The notes under the pieces are model-generated. The model did no database searches, was not told where the DNA came from, and worked only from the letters and a program-made list of their open reading frames with translations. DNA of 64,000 bases. Source: a virus. Position numbers and translations under genes: made by a program. The number at the start of each line of letters is the position of its first letter. The stretch's first letter is position 1. The DNA lies in the IMG/VR virus record IMGVR_UViG_3300025889_000083, positions 1 to 64,000 of that record; one strand, 5' to 3'. This document shows positions 37,966 to 46,808 of this stretch, one piece after another.

Positions 37966-40610
37966 TTAGAGCCATCCCAATAGGACTGCCCTAGATCTTG
38001 AGCACTTGCCACTTCTGTATCGAAGATTGTTCCTAATGTGGAGGCGGTTATTCTTTCATAAATCACAGTATTAGTTGCTGTTGCAAATACTGTGAGGTGA
38101 TCTGTAGTTCTGCTGGTCTCTGTAAGTCTATTTGAACTTGTTGTTCTAACTGTAGCGGTGGATTGCGTAGTATTAAATGTTGTGGTTGTAGTATATGCTG
38201 TAGTTGTAGCAAATAGAGTAGCAGTTGATCTTGTAGTATTAAATACTGTAGTTGTTTCTCTAGTAGTGTTAAATGTTGTAACTGTTGCATAAGCAGTTGT
38301 AGTTGTATATGCAGTAGTTGTAGCTTTAGTTGTAATGTAAGTTGTTGTAGTTGTATATGCTGTAGTAGTACTATAAGCAGTTGTTGTTCCTTGAGAAGTA
38401 TTAAATGTTGTAGTTGTTTCTCTAGTAGTGTTAAATGTGGTTGTAGTCGTATACGCTGTTGTAGTTGTATAAGCAGTTGTTGTTGCGTTACTTGTTATAA
38501 ATGTAGTTGTAGTATTATATGAAGTTGTAGTTGTATATGCTGTAGTTGTAGCTTTACTGGTTATAAATGTTGTAGTTGTTGTATAAGCAGTTGTAGTTGT
38601 ATAAGCTGTAGTTGTAGACTTACTGGTTATAAATGTTGTGGTTGTGCTATACGCTGTTGTAGTTGTATATGCAGTAGTAGTTGCCTTCGAAGTATTAAAT
38701 GTTGTAGTTGTACTTCTTGATGTACCAGTAGCTCTTGATGTAATACGTGAAGTTATATATGCAGTTTCATAGTTTGTTATTCTAGAAGTTGCTGTATTAT
38801 CAATATATGCTGTGGTTGTACCTCTAGCAGTATTTGTATTATTTGTAAATCCAGTATTATCTACATAAGCTGTTGTTGTACCACGAGCTGTATTTGTTGT
38901 ATTTGTAAATCCTGTATTATCTATAAATGCTGTAGTTGTATTTCTCGCTGTGTTTGTTGCATTTGTAAATCCAGTGTTATCTATAAAGCCTGTCGCAAAT
39001 GCTGTTGAGTTCGTAAATCCTGTAGCACGAGCAGTATTTGTGTTTCGATAAGTTGTTCTTGCTGTGTTTGTAGTGTTTGTAAATCCAGTAGAGTTTGTAA
39101 ATCCTGTACCACGAGCTGTATTCGTATTTCTATAAGTTGTTCTCGCAGTATTTGTTGTATTTGTAAATCCAGTTGAGTTTGTAAATCCAGTAGCGTATGT
39201 AGTAGATCCACTAAACGCAGTATTTCTAGAAGTATTTGTCCATCTAGTAAAGAAACCTTCTGACTGATCTCCGTATACTGTAATATTTTGGAATGTAGTT
39301 AATCTTATACCAGATGTAATTCTAGTTGTGTTTCTAGCAGTATTTGTATTTCTGGATGTTGCTGTATTGTCTATAAATCCAGTAGCAAAAGCTGTTGAGT
39401 TTGTAAATCCAGTATTTCTTGATGTGTTTGTATTTCTGGAAGTTGCAGTATTATCTATGAAACCTGTAGCAAAAGCAGTCGAGTTTGTAAATCCTGTGCT
39501 ACGAGAAGTATTTGTATTTCTGTATGTAGTTCTCGCTGTGTTTGTTGCTCTTGCAGTATTTGTGTTGTCAATAAATGCAGTACCTGTAATTCTAGCGGTA
39601 TTTGTCGCTCTTGAAGTGGCTGTATTGTCAATAAACGCTGTAGATGTAATTCTAGCAGTGTTTGTAGCTCTAGCTGTATTTGTAGCATCAATATATGCTG
39701 TAGATGTAATTCTAGCAGTGTTTGTTGCATTTGTAAACCCTGTAGTTCTACTTGTTGTGATAGTTGTATCATATGAAGTAGTATATGTAGTAGTGGTATT
39801 GTAAGCTGTGGTTGTAGCTTGTGAAGTATTAAAAATTGTAGTAGTACTTCTTGATGTTGCTGTACCTCTACTTGTACCAGTAGCTTGTGATGTATTGAAA
39901 GAAGTTGTTGTACTTCTTGATGTACCAGTACCTCTACTTGTTGCAGTACCTTGTGATGTATTATAAGAAGTTGTTGTACTTCTTGATGTTCCAGTACCTC
40001 TACTTGTTCCAGTAGCTTTTGAAGTATTATAAGCTGTAGTAGTTGATCTACTTGTACCAGTTCCTCTACTTGTTGCAGTTGACTGAGTAGTATTAAATGT
40101 AGTTGTTGTTGACTGTGTTGTGTTAAATACAGTTGTTGTCTCTCTACTTGTACCAGTACTTCTTGATGTTGCTGTTCCTTGCGATGTATTATAAGCTGTT
40201 GTAGTACTTCTACTTGTAGCAGTTCCTCTTGATGTACCAGTTGATTGTGTAGTATTAAATGTAGTTGTTGTTGACTGACTAGTGTTAAATGTAGTTGTAG
40301 TACTTTGTGAAGTTCCTGTTGCTCTACTTGTTGCAGTTGACTGAGTAGTATTAAATGTAGTTATTGTATTAAAGACAGTGCTAGTATCAAAGACAGTAGT
40401 TGTATTAAAAGTAGTTACCTGAATACCTGATACATATGTTGTTTCAGTATTTGTAACTCGCAATGTATCATGCACTGCAACAAATGGTCCTTCTAACGAA
40501 CCACCATCATTTACATAAACTTCATTGGCACGACGAAGCGTACCGCCATCGTTGACAGCTACAAAGCGTAACTGGCGTAAAGTGCCATTGTCGTTTACAT
40601 AAATTGCCAT
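37950..40610 (-). CDS. Thr-rich self-complementary repeat protein, putative giant beta-hairpin fibre
   Basis: 886 aa; YVNDxG N-terminal module, TxT repeats with Arg/aromatic mirror symmetry, YWDGSKW C-terminus; lies in the tail-fibre operon. Confidence 0.85.
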   Translation of the reverse strand: MAIYVNDNGTLRQLRFVAVNDGGTLRRANEVYVNDGGSLEGPFVAVHDTLRVTNTETTYVSGIQVTTFNTTTVFDTSTVFNTITTFNTTQSTATSRATGTSQSTTTTFNTSQSTTTTFNTTQSTGTSRGTATSRSTTTAYNTSQGTATSRSTGTSRETTTVFNTTQSTTTTFNTTQSTATSRGTGTSRSTTTAYNTSKATGTSRGTGTSRSTTTSYNTSQGTATSRGTGTSRSTTTSFNTSQATGTSRGTATSRSTTTIFNTSQATTTAYNTTTTYTTSYDTTITTSRTTGFTNATNTARITSTAYIDATNTARATNTARITSTAFIDNTATSRATNTARITGTAFIDNTNTARATNTARTTYRNTNTSRSTGFTNSTAFATGFIDNTATSRNTNTSRNTGFTNSTAFATGFIDNTATSRNTNTARNTTRITSGIRLTTFQNITVYGDQSEGFFTRWTNTSRNTAFSGSTTYATGFTNSTGFTNTTNTARTTYRNTNTARGTGFTNSTGFTNTTNTARTTYRNTNTARATGFTNSTAFATGFIDNTGFTNATNTARNTTTAFIDNTGFTNTTNTARGTTTAYVDNTGFTNNTNTARGTTTAYIDNTATSRITNYETAYITSRITSRATGTSRSTTTTFNTSKATTTAYTTTTAYSTTTTFITSKSTTTAYTTTTAYTTTTTFITSKATTTAYTTTTSYNTTTTFITSNATTTAYTTTTAYTTTTTFNTTRETTTTFNTSQGTTTAYSTTTAYTTTTTYITTKATTTAYTTTTAYATVTTFNTTRETTTVFNTTRSTATLFATTTAYTTTTTFNTTQSTATVRTTSSNRLTETSRTTDHLTVFATATNTVIYERITASTLGTIFDTEVASAQDLGQSYWDGSKWSET
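38100..40420 (-). repeat. degenerate tandem coding repeats (10-, 20-, 22- and 28-aa periods)
   Basis: Recurring GTAGTTGT / AGTTGTTGT-type DNA units; TSRxTxTSR, TTTAYTTTT and TGFTN peptide units. Confidence 0.9.
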
Positions 40611-40621
40611 TTAATTATCTC

Positions 40622-40840
40622 TTAATATACGTACCAGACGTGTCCACTACTTGTTGATCCTACGGAAACTGGAGCAGTTGTTGTTATTGTGTAAGGAAGT
40701 CGAGCAGAAGCAATAGTTCCACTATCGATTTTATCGGCAGAGATAGTTACACTTGCCATTCCTCTACTTGAATCAATACTTTCTGTTCCGTCTACGGATA
40801 GACCAGCGTCTTCGATATTAAAGTTTAGTTTTACACCCAT
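40622..40840 (-). CDS. small fibre adaptor protein
   Basis: I.A.KI.SGT..SARLP and a C-terminal TTAP...GHVWY motif. Confidence 0.6.
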   Translation of the reverse strand: MGVKLNFNIEDAGLSVDGTESIDSSRGMASVTISADKIDSGTIASARLPYTITTTAPVSVGSTSSGHVWYVY

Positions 40841-40841
40841 T

Positions 40842-43800
40842 TTATACCTCTATTGTTGTTCTAATAAATTTGTAAGTCATGCTATCTGTTGAAGCAGGAG
40901 TTACTAATAATCTTACATTACCACCGCTTATATCTGCATCAAATGTTGCCTGAGCAAGATTGTCAAAGATAGATGCGAACTGTGTTAAGTATACATTTGT
41001 TCCGTCATGGAAAAGTAAAATTTCTAATGCTTGATAATCCCCATCAGTTGTGTTATGAACCTGTACTATATATTTTGCAGTTCTAAATGTTGCTGAAGCG
41101 AAAGAATCAAGTGCAAATTGTGATGTTGAAGATGAACTTCCTGTACCTACATCCATACCCGCCACTTCATCAATGTGAAGTTTTTGTGGTGGGCTTGTAT
41201 CTTGAATACCTAATACACCTGCTGCATTTGTTATATCAGTAGTTCCATTACCAAGTGTTGTTGTTCCTTGTGTATTTACATCACCTGAGAAAGTTACTGT
41301 GCCACTAAATGTTTGTCCACTTAATGCACCACTTGCTAACTCACTTGTTCCAATAGCATTTGCGGCAATCTTAGCTGAAGTTACTGAATTACTTGCTAAA
41401 TGAATTGCATCTACAGATCCAGTTACTAACTCACTTGAATCTACTGAGTTTGCAGCAATTTCAGATGAACCTACTGCATTACCTGCTATTTCACTTGAGC
41501 CTACTGCATTTCCAGCAATCTTAGTTGCGGTTACTGCATTTGAAGCAATGTGTATTTCATCAATAGATCCACTTACTAATTCGCTAGAATCTACTGAGTT
41601 TGCTGCTAAGTGTGATGCATCTATAGAATCAGTTGCAATTTTATTTGCGGTTACTGCATTATCTGCAATATGAATATCATCAATTGATCCACTTACTAAT
41701 TCACTGCTATCTACTGAGTTAGCGGCGATTTCTGTTGCTGTAACTGCATTTACTGCAATTTTCGCATTTGTTACTTGTAAGTCTCCAATATGAATAGTAT
41801 CAATGCTACCACTTACTAACTCACTTGAATCTACTGAGTTAGCGGCGATTTTTGTTGATGTTACAGCATTATCTGTTATTTGTAAAGTACCTACGCCATT
41901 AGTTTCAATTTCACTTGTTCCAACTGAGTTTGCTGCAATATGTCTTGCTACTATTGAATTACTTGCAATTTCGTCACTTGTTACAGCATTTGCGCTGAAG
42001 TGAATTGTATCAATAGACCCACTTGCTAATTCGCTGGAGTCTACTGAGTTTGCAGCTATTTTAGCAGCTGTTACAGCATTTGCTGCTATTTTTGCTTCGG
42101 TTACAGAATCAGTTGATAAGTGAACTGCATTAACAGCACCACTTATAATTTCAGCAGAATCTACTGCATTTGCGGCGATCTCTGAAGATCCTACTGCTCC
42201 TGCACTAATATGTATTGCTAGAATAGAATCAGTTGCAATTTCACTTGATCCAACTGAATTTTCTGCAATTTCTTCTGATCCAACTGCATTTGCAGCGATC
42301 TGTAAAGAGCCTACTGCGTTAGCAGCTACTGCACTTGCTGTTCCTGTTAAGTTTCCTTCGACATTTGCTACAAGAGTTCCTACTGTATAACCAGAAGCAC
42401 CTGTGTCTACAGTTGAAGTAGGAGCTACTTGTGAATCAACAAATAGTTTCCATTTGTTGTCATTTGCATCTCTGAAAAGACCTGCATATAAATCTGTTCC
42501 TGCTGGATCGTATAATCCATAAAGTCCGATATCGATTGCATCTGTTGAATCATTTGTAGATGCAACCTGTACAAGACCATCTTCAACTGTTAATGTTGTT
42601 GAAGAAACTATAGTCTCGCTTCCTGAAACAGTTAAGTTTCCAGAAACTACTAAGTCATTCATTGTAAAGTTTGAAGTATTTGATAATTTCGCACCAGTAA
42701 TAGCATTGTCTGCTAAATGAATAGTTAATACGCTACCAGTTACTAACTCACTTGAATCCACTGAGTTTGCGGCGATTGTTTCTGCAGTAACTGCATTTGA
42801 AGCAATTTTATTTGCTGTAACTGCGTTTGCGGCAATAGCATTTTCTACAACTGCACTTGCTGATAAGTGAATTGAATCGATAGAGCCAGTTACAAGTTCG
42901 CTACTATCAACAGAGTTTTCTGCTATTTCTGCGGAACCTACTGCATTTGCGGCTATTTTAGCAGCTGTTACTGCATTGTCACCTAAGTTATGAGTTGTAA
43001 CATTTCCTTCTACAATATGTCTTGTTAAAATACTATTTGTAGCAATTTTATCTGATGTAACTGCATTATCTTGAAGACAGTGTGTTTGAATTGAGTTACC
43101 AGCAATAATTCCATGAGTAACAGAGTTAGAAGCAATTTCAACTCCTGTTACAGCATTTGCTGCTATTTTAGCAGTTGTTACTGCTAATGAAGCAATCTGC
43201 GCTGATCCAACTGCATCACTTGCTATTTCACTTGTACCTACTGCATTTGCACTAATTTCAGCATTTGTTATAGAGTTATCTGCCATCGCATCATTAGTAA
43301 CTGCATTTGTTCCAATATGAATTGTATCTACTGCTCCAGAAGCAAGATGTACTCCTGTAACTGCATTACTTGCGATTTGAGTTGATTGTACTGAGTTTAA
43401 TTTAATTTCTGCGGAGCCTACTGAATTAGAAGCTATTTTTGCAGTTGTAACTGCATTAGCTGCTATTTGTACTGTTCCTACTGAATCAGTTGCTAAATGT
43501 AAAGCTGTGATTGAATTTGTTGATATTTCACTTGATCCTACAACGTTCTCTGCTATCTTAGCGGCAGTAATTGCGTTGTCGGTAATATGTGTAGTTTGTA
43601 CTGCATCGGTTGCAAGTTCTGAACTTGTAACCGCATTTTCAGCGATTTCACTTTGACCTACTGCATTAGCGGCTATCTGTGGAGCACCGACAGCATTTGA
43701 GGCGATCTCTGCAGTATCTACAGAGTTAGCGGCAATTTCATTTGAAGTGACAGCATTTGCAGCTAGTTTTGCAGTTGTAACTGCACCAGTTGAAATATGA

Positions 43801-44099
43801 ATAGAATCAATAGACCCACTTACTAATTCGCTGGAGTCTACTGAGTTTGCAGCAATAGCTGCTGCATCAATTGAGTTATCGCTTACTGCTGTAACTGCTG
43901 TACTCGCTAATTCCCTAGATGTAATAGCGTTTGCTTGAATCTTAGCGGAAGTAATCGAGTTAGTTGATAGTTCTGAAGTTGTAATACAGTTTGCAGTAAT
44001 TTCTGATGCAGTAATACTATTGCTTACAATTTCGGTTGTACCAACTGAGTTTGCTTCTAGCGATGCTACAAGTGCTAGTTGTTTACCTATAAGTGCCAT
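40842..44099 (-). CDS. long tail fibre with 10-aa repeats
   Basis: IAANAVTTAK / IAANSVDSSE repeats flank a GNLTVSG..T.V.STTL.VED domain; C-terminal FRTAKY..Q...E....HDG domain. Confidence 0.8.
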   Translation of the reverse strand: MALIGKQLALVASLEANSVGTTEIVSNSITASEITANCITTSELSTNSITSAKIQANAITSRELASTAVTAVSDNSIDAAAIAANSVDSSELVSGSIDSIHISTGAVTTAKLAANAVTSNEIAANSVDTAEIASNAVGAPQIAANAVGQSEIAENAVTSSELATDAVQTTHITDNAITAAKIAENVVGSSEISTNSITALHLATDSVGTVQIAANAVTTAKIASNSVGSAEIKLNSVQSTQIASNAVTGVHLASGAVDTIHIGTNAVTNDAMADNSITNAEISANAVGTSEIASDAVGSAQIASLAVTTAKIAANAVTGVEIASNSVTHGIIAGNSIQTHCLQDNAVTSDKIATNSILTRHIVEGNVTTHNLGDNAVTAAKIAANAVGSAEIAENSVDSSELVTGSIDSIHLSASAVVENAIAANAVTANKIASNAVTAETIAANSVDSSELVTGSVLTIHLADNAITGAKLSNTSNFTMNDLVVSGNLTVSGSETIVSSTTLTVEDGLVQVASTNDSTDAIDIGLYGLYDPAGTDLYAGLFRDANDNKWKLFVDSQVAPTSTVDTGASGYTVGTLVANVEGNLTGTASAVAANAVGSLQIAANAVGSEEIAENSVGSSEIATDSILAIHISAGAVGSSEIAANAVDSAEIISGAVNAVHLSTDSVTEAKIAANAVTAAKIAANSVDSSELASGSIDTIHFSANAVTSDEIASNSIVARHIAANSVGTSEIETNGVGTLQITDNAVTSTKIAANSVDSSELVSGSIDTIHIGDLQVTNAKIAVNAVTATEIAANSVDSSELVSGSIDDIHIADNAVTANKIATDSIDASHLAANSVDSSELVSGSIDEIHIASNAVTATKIAGNAVGSSEIAGNAVGSSEIAANSVDSSELVTGSVDAIHLASNSVTSAKIAANAIGTSELASGALSGQTFSGTVTFSGDVNTQGTTTLGNGTTDITNAAGVLGIQDTSPPQKLHIDEVAGMDVGTGSSSSTSQFALDSFASATFRTAKYIVQVHNTTDGDYQALEILLFHDGTNVYLTQFASIFDNLAQATFDADISGGNVRLLVTPASTDSMTYKFIRTTIEV

Positions 44100-44431
44100 T
44101 ATGTTTGCTCCAAATATGACAGAACAACGTCTATGCTGTCTACGACGTTACTCTGAACCTTGATGGCGTCTCCTGCCTCTAAAACTACTTTTGCATCTCC
44201 TCCGACTAATACCAATGTTGATCCACTTGGAATCGGCGTGGCGGCTGTAAGAGAAACGTGAGTTGCTGAACTACTATCGTAAAACTCACAGTTTGCTTCA
44301 ATTTGACCTCCACTCTGATTACAGAGATAAAGACCAATAATCGTAGATGTCGTGCTCGATGGGCATGTATATACTGTCGTAAGTGAAGTATTTACATTTG
44401 CCTTGGAAGCAGTTTTAAATGCTGATGCCAT
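44099..44431 (-). CDS. small virion structural/adaptor protein
   Basis: MA..FK...VYT.P...IIG...N and KVVLEAGD..S.LE pattern seen in marine phage fibre clusters. Confidence 0.65.
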   Translation of the reverse strand: MASAFKTASKANVNTSLTTVYTCPSSTTSTIIGLYLCNQSGGQIEANCEFYDSSSATHVSLTAATPIPSGSTLVLVGGDAKVVLEAGDAIKVQSNVVDSIDVVLSYLEQT

Positions 44432-44435
44432 AATC

Positions 44436-44636
44436 TTATCCTAATGCTATACTCAACGCTAGTGCTTCTGATTCAGAAATACCTGCAGATGCCATAACAA
44501 CTATGTCACCACTAGCGTTTTTTGTATAAATCTTTTGGTCAGAAACATTCATAGCTATTTCGTGTGTTTCTAAATCCCCTGTGCCTGGAACTGATCCAGG
44601 TGTTTCTGACCTTTTAATTTTGATTACATGGGACAT
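44436..44636 (-). CDS. Mtd-N-like small adaptor protein
   Basis: IKIKRS...EIA.N..D.KIY; ends ALALSIALG. Confidence 0.6.
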   Translation of the reverse strand: MSHVIKIKRSETPGSVPGTGDLETHEIAMNVSDQKIYTKNASGDIVVMASAGISESEALALSIALG

Positions 44637-44637
44637 C

Positions 44638-46407
44638 TTAGAACGTTCCTCCGTCTAATGTATTTGTCCATGTTATTGTTCCGTTGTTACCAACTTGTAG
44701 CATTTGTCCTACTGAGTTGGTTGAGTCGTATGTGCCGATTGCTAAAGTAGTAAACTGATTGCCACCATTTGCTCCGAAGATTAAATCTCCTTCTGCAATC
44801 GCATCATCAAGACCTTTAATTTGTAAAGTATCTGCAACAATTTCAAGTGAGGTATCGTCTACATTTACTGAAAGTGTATTTCCAGATTTTGCTAAACCAT
44901 CACCTGCTGTAACCTGTCCAGCTCCTGAGAATTGAGTAAATGTTAAAGCATCGCTACCAAGTGTTGCAGATCCTGTAATATTTGTTAATACAAAACCAGC
45001 ATCGGCATTAGTTGATCCTTCTTCTACAAAAGTGAAAAGACCACCTGTTACTTCTGCACTTGAGTCTGCATCAGTTACACGAGTAAGTACAAATGGTGTA
45101 CCTGCATCACCAACTGTTGTTACAGAGTAAATACCGTTTTGAGTTCCTGTTGATTGATCTTTAACAAGTACTCTATCACCAGATGAAAGTGTTACACCAT
45201 CTACTGAAATTGCACCATTTGAGTCAGCTGTAAGAGTTGCACCTACACCACCTGTTCCATTATCATAAGTTGCTGATAAGTTTGCTGTGGTTGCTACTCG
45301 TACTGAATCTTTGATATCGAGTGCTTGTTTAACGCTATCTACATATGCTTTTGTTGTTGCATCTGTTGCTTGAGTAGGAGTTCCAATATTGGTAAGTCTA
45401 TTACCTCCAAAGTTAACTGTTTGTGAGGAAGCAACTGTAAATCCAGCATCAAAGTCTGCTGATTGTGAGAAAGTTGCTGTACCTGTTACTGTTATTGTAT
45501 CCCCTGCGGCGTCTCCAAGAGTTACAGCACCATTTGCTGTTAAAGCTCCTGTAATATCTACGCTTGATGAGAAAGTAGCGGCATTAGTTACTCCTAATGT
45601 TCCTGAAATACTTGTATTACCTTCTCCTGCTGAAACTGTAAATTTATCTGTATTAACAGTTAAGTTACCTACTGTATTTACTGTTCCGCTAAAATCTGTT
45701 GTGGTTGCGTTGACATCGAAAGTACCAGTTGTAATTTCTACTTCAGTATCTGCATCAATGTCTAATTGACCATCTGCACTTGATCCAATAGTAAGTGCAT
45801 CGTCTCTAAATTGAAGTTCACTTGCTCCATTTAATAATAGACCAGTATCTGCTACGTGTGTTAATGTAACATCGCTGTCTACACCAAATGATAATACATG
45901 CGCATCATTACCAAATAAAACATTCTTACCAAAGTCAATGACTTCACTACCATTAGTAGTAACAAATTTTAGATATGAGGTTCCGCCTTCGTTTATATCT
46001 AAAGCTGCTGCTTCATTATCTGGTATTGTAAGAGAGTTGGCTTGTGCGTCTAAGTCAATAGTGCCACCATGAGTAATAATTAAATTACCACTTGGTGCGA
46101 TTGTTAGATCTGCACTTGATACTGTTGAAAGTGTATCTGTTGAGCCAGTAATAACAATATTACCAGTTTTTAACTGGTCAATTTTACTACTTGAATCTAC
46201 TACAATAGCTGAACTTGCGGTAAGAGTACCTGCGGCGTGATCTAGCATCTCTACATAGAGATCTCCACCTATAGTTGTTACTGTTCCAGAGCCAGGAGCA
46301 CCAATAAAGAATTTCTTCGAGTTGGATGAGTATGCTATTTCCCCTGCACTTAAAGAAACAGGCGAGGCGGTCGTGCTACTTCTTTTAATTTTAATTACTT
46401 GTGCCAT
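44638..46407 (-). CDS. tail fibre / structural protein
   Basis: N-terminal IKIKRS..GEIA, DATTKAYVD, RVLVKDQ....NGIY; ends DGGTF. Confidence 0.75.
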   Translation of the reverse strand: MAQVIKIKRSSTTASPVSLSAGEIAYSSNSKKFFIGAPGSGTVTTIGGDLYVEMLDHAAGTLTASSAIVVDSSSKIDQLKTGNIVITGSTDTLSTVSSADLTIAPSGNLIITHGGTIDLDAQANSLTIPDNEAAALDINEGGTSYLKFVTTNGSEVIDFGKNVLFGNDAHVLSFGVDSDVTLTHVADTGLLLNGASELQFRDDALTIGSSADGQLDIDADTEVEITTGTFDVNATTTDFSGTVNTVGNLTVNTDKFTVSAGEGNTSISGTLGVTNAATFSSSVDITGALTANGAVTLGDAAGDTITVTGTATFSQSADFDAGFTVASSQTVNFGGNRLTNIGTPTQATDATTKAYVDSVKQALDIKDSVRVATTANLSATYDNGTGGVGATLTADSNGAISVDGVTLSSGDRVLVKDQSTGTQNGIYSVTTVGDAGTPFVLTRVTDADSSAEVTGGLFTFVEEGSTNADAGFVLTNITGSATLGSDALTFTQFSGAGQVTAGDGLAKSGNTLSVNVDDTSLEIVADTLQIKGLDDAIAEGDLIFGANGGNQFTTLAIGTYDSTNSVGQMLQVGNNGTITWTNTLDGGTF

Positions 46408-46427
46408 ATTTATATCCTAGTCGAGCT

Positions 46428-46808
46428 TTAAAAAGCTCCTGCGTCTATCGTGTCCGAATCCGCTGAATCGTTACCTATCATTATAGGAACAAAACTAAAC
46501 GTTCCTTCAGTTGTTTCACGATAAATCTTTAACTGATTATCGTCAGTATCGTAAAATAAATCTCCTTCCGCTAAATTAGTTGTATTTGCGGTAGGTGCTG
46601 TCGTTGCGACAAAAAATTGATTAGCAAGAAAATTGAGTGCGCCTTCTACTGTTGTTTGTCCAGTAAGTGTTCCTACTGGAGAATTAAAAGTAATTGACCC
46701 TGCGTCACTAGCTGCATCGGCTACGGCAGATGATATTGTCAGAGTTGTGGTCTGTGCTGTGGCATTAAGCGTAGTATTGTTAGGAGTTAATGTTAAGGTT
46801 AATGCCAT
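46428..46808 (-). CDS. virion structural/adaptor protein
   Basis: TAP....EGDLFYDTDD.QLKIY; ends DAGAF. Confidence 0.6.
   Translation of the reverse strand: MALTLTLTPNNTTLNATAQTTTLTISSAVADAASDAGSITFNSPVGTLTGQTTVEGALNFLANQFFVATTAPTANTTNLAEGDLFYDTDDNQLKIYRETTEGTFSFVPIMIGNDSADSDTIDAGAF

Noticed and set aside
38063-39804. Alternative-frame and antisense ORFs within the Thr-rich gene (38063-38290, 38981-39211, 39328-39804, 39455-39772)
   Set aside because: Shadows of low-complexity ACN-codon repeats; no SD and no independent features.
38100-40420. CRISPR array, DNA inverted repeat or DGR template/variable repeat
   Set aside because: Repeats are degenerate at third codon positions and have no unique spacers. 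The symmetry exists only in protein, not as DNA reverse complement. There is no reverse transcriptase or adenine-specific repeat pair.
37950-40610. Ice-binding beta-solenoid or simple disordered mucin interpretation
   Set aside because: TxT motifs are present, but periods are irregular and the long-range mirror complementarity is explained by a hairpin rather than a solenoid. An ice- or surface-binding function is not excluded.
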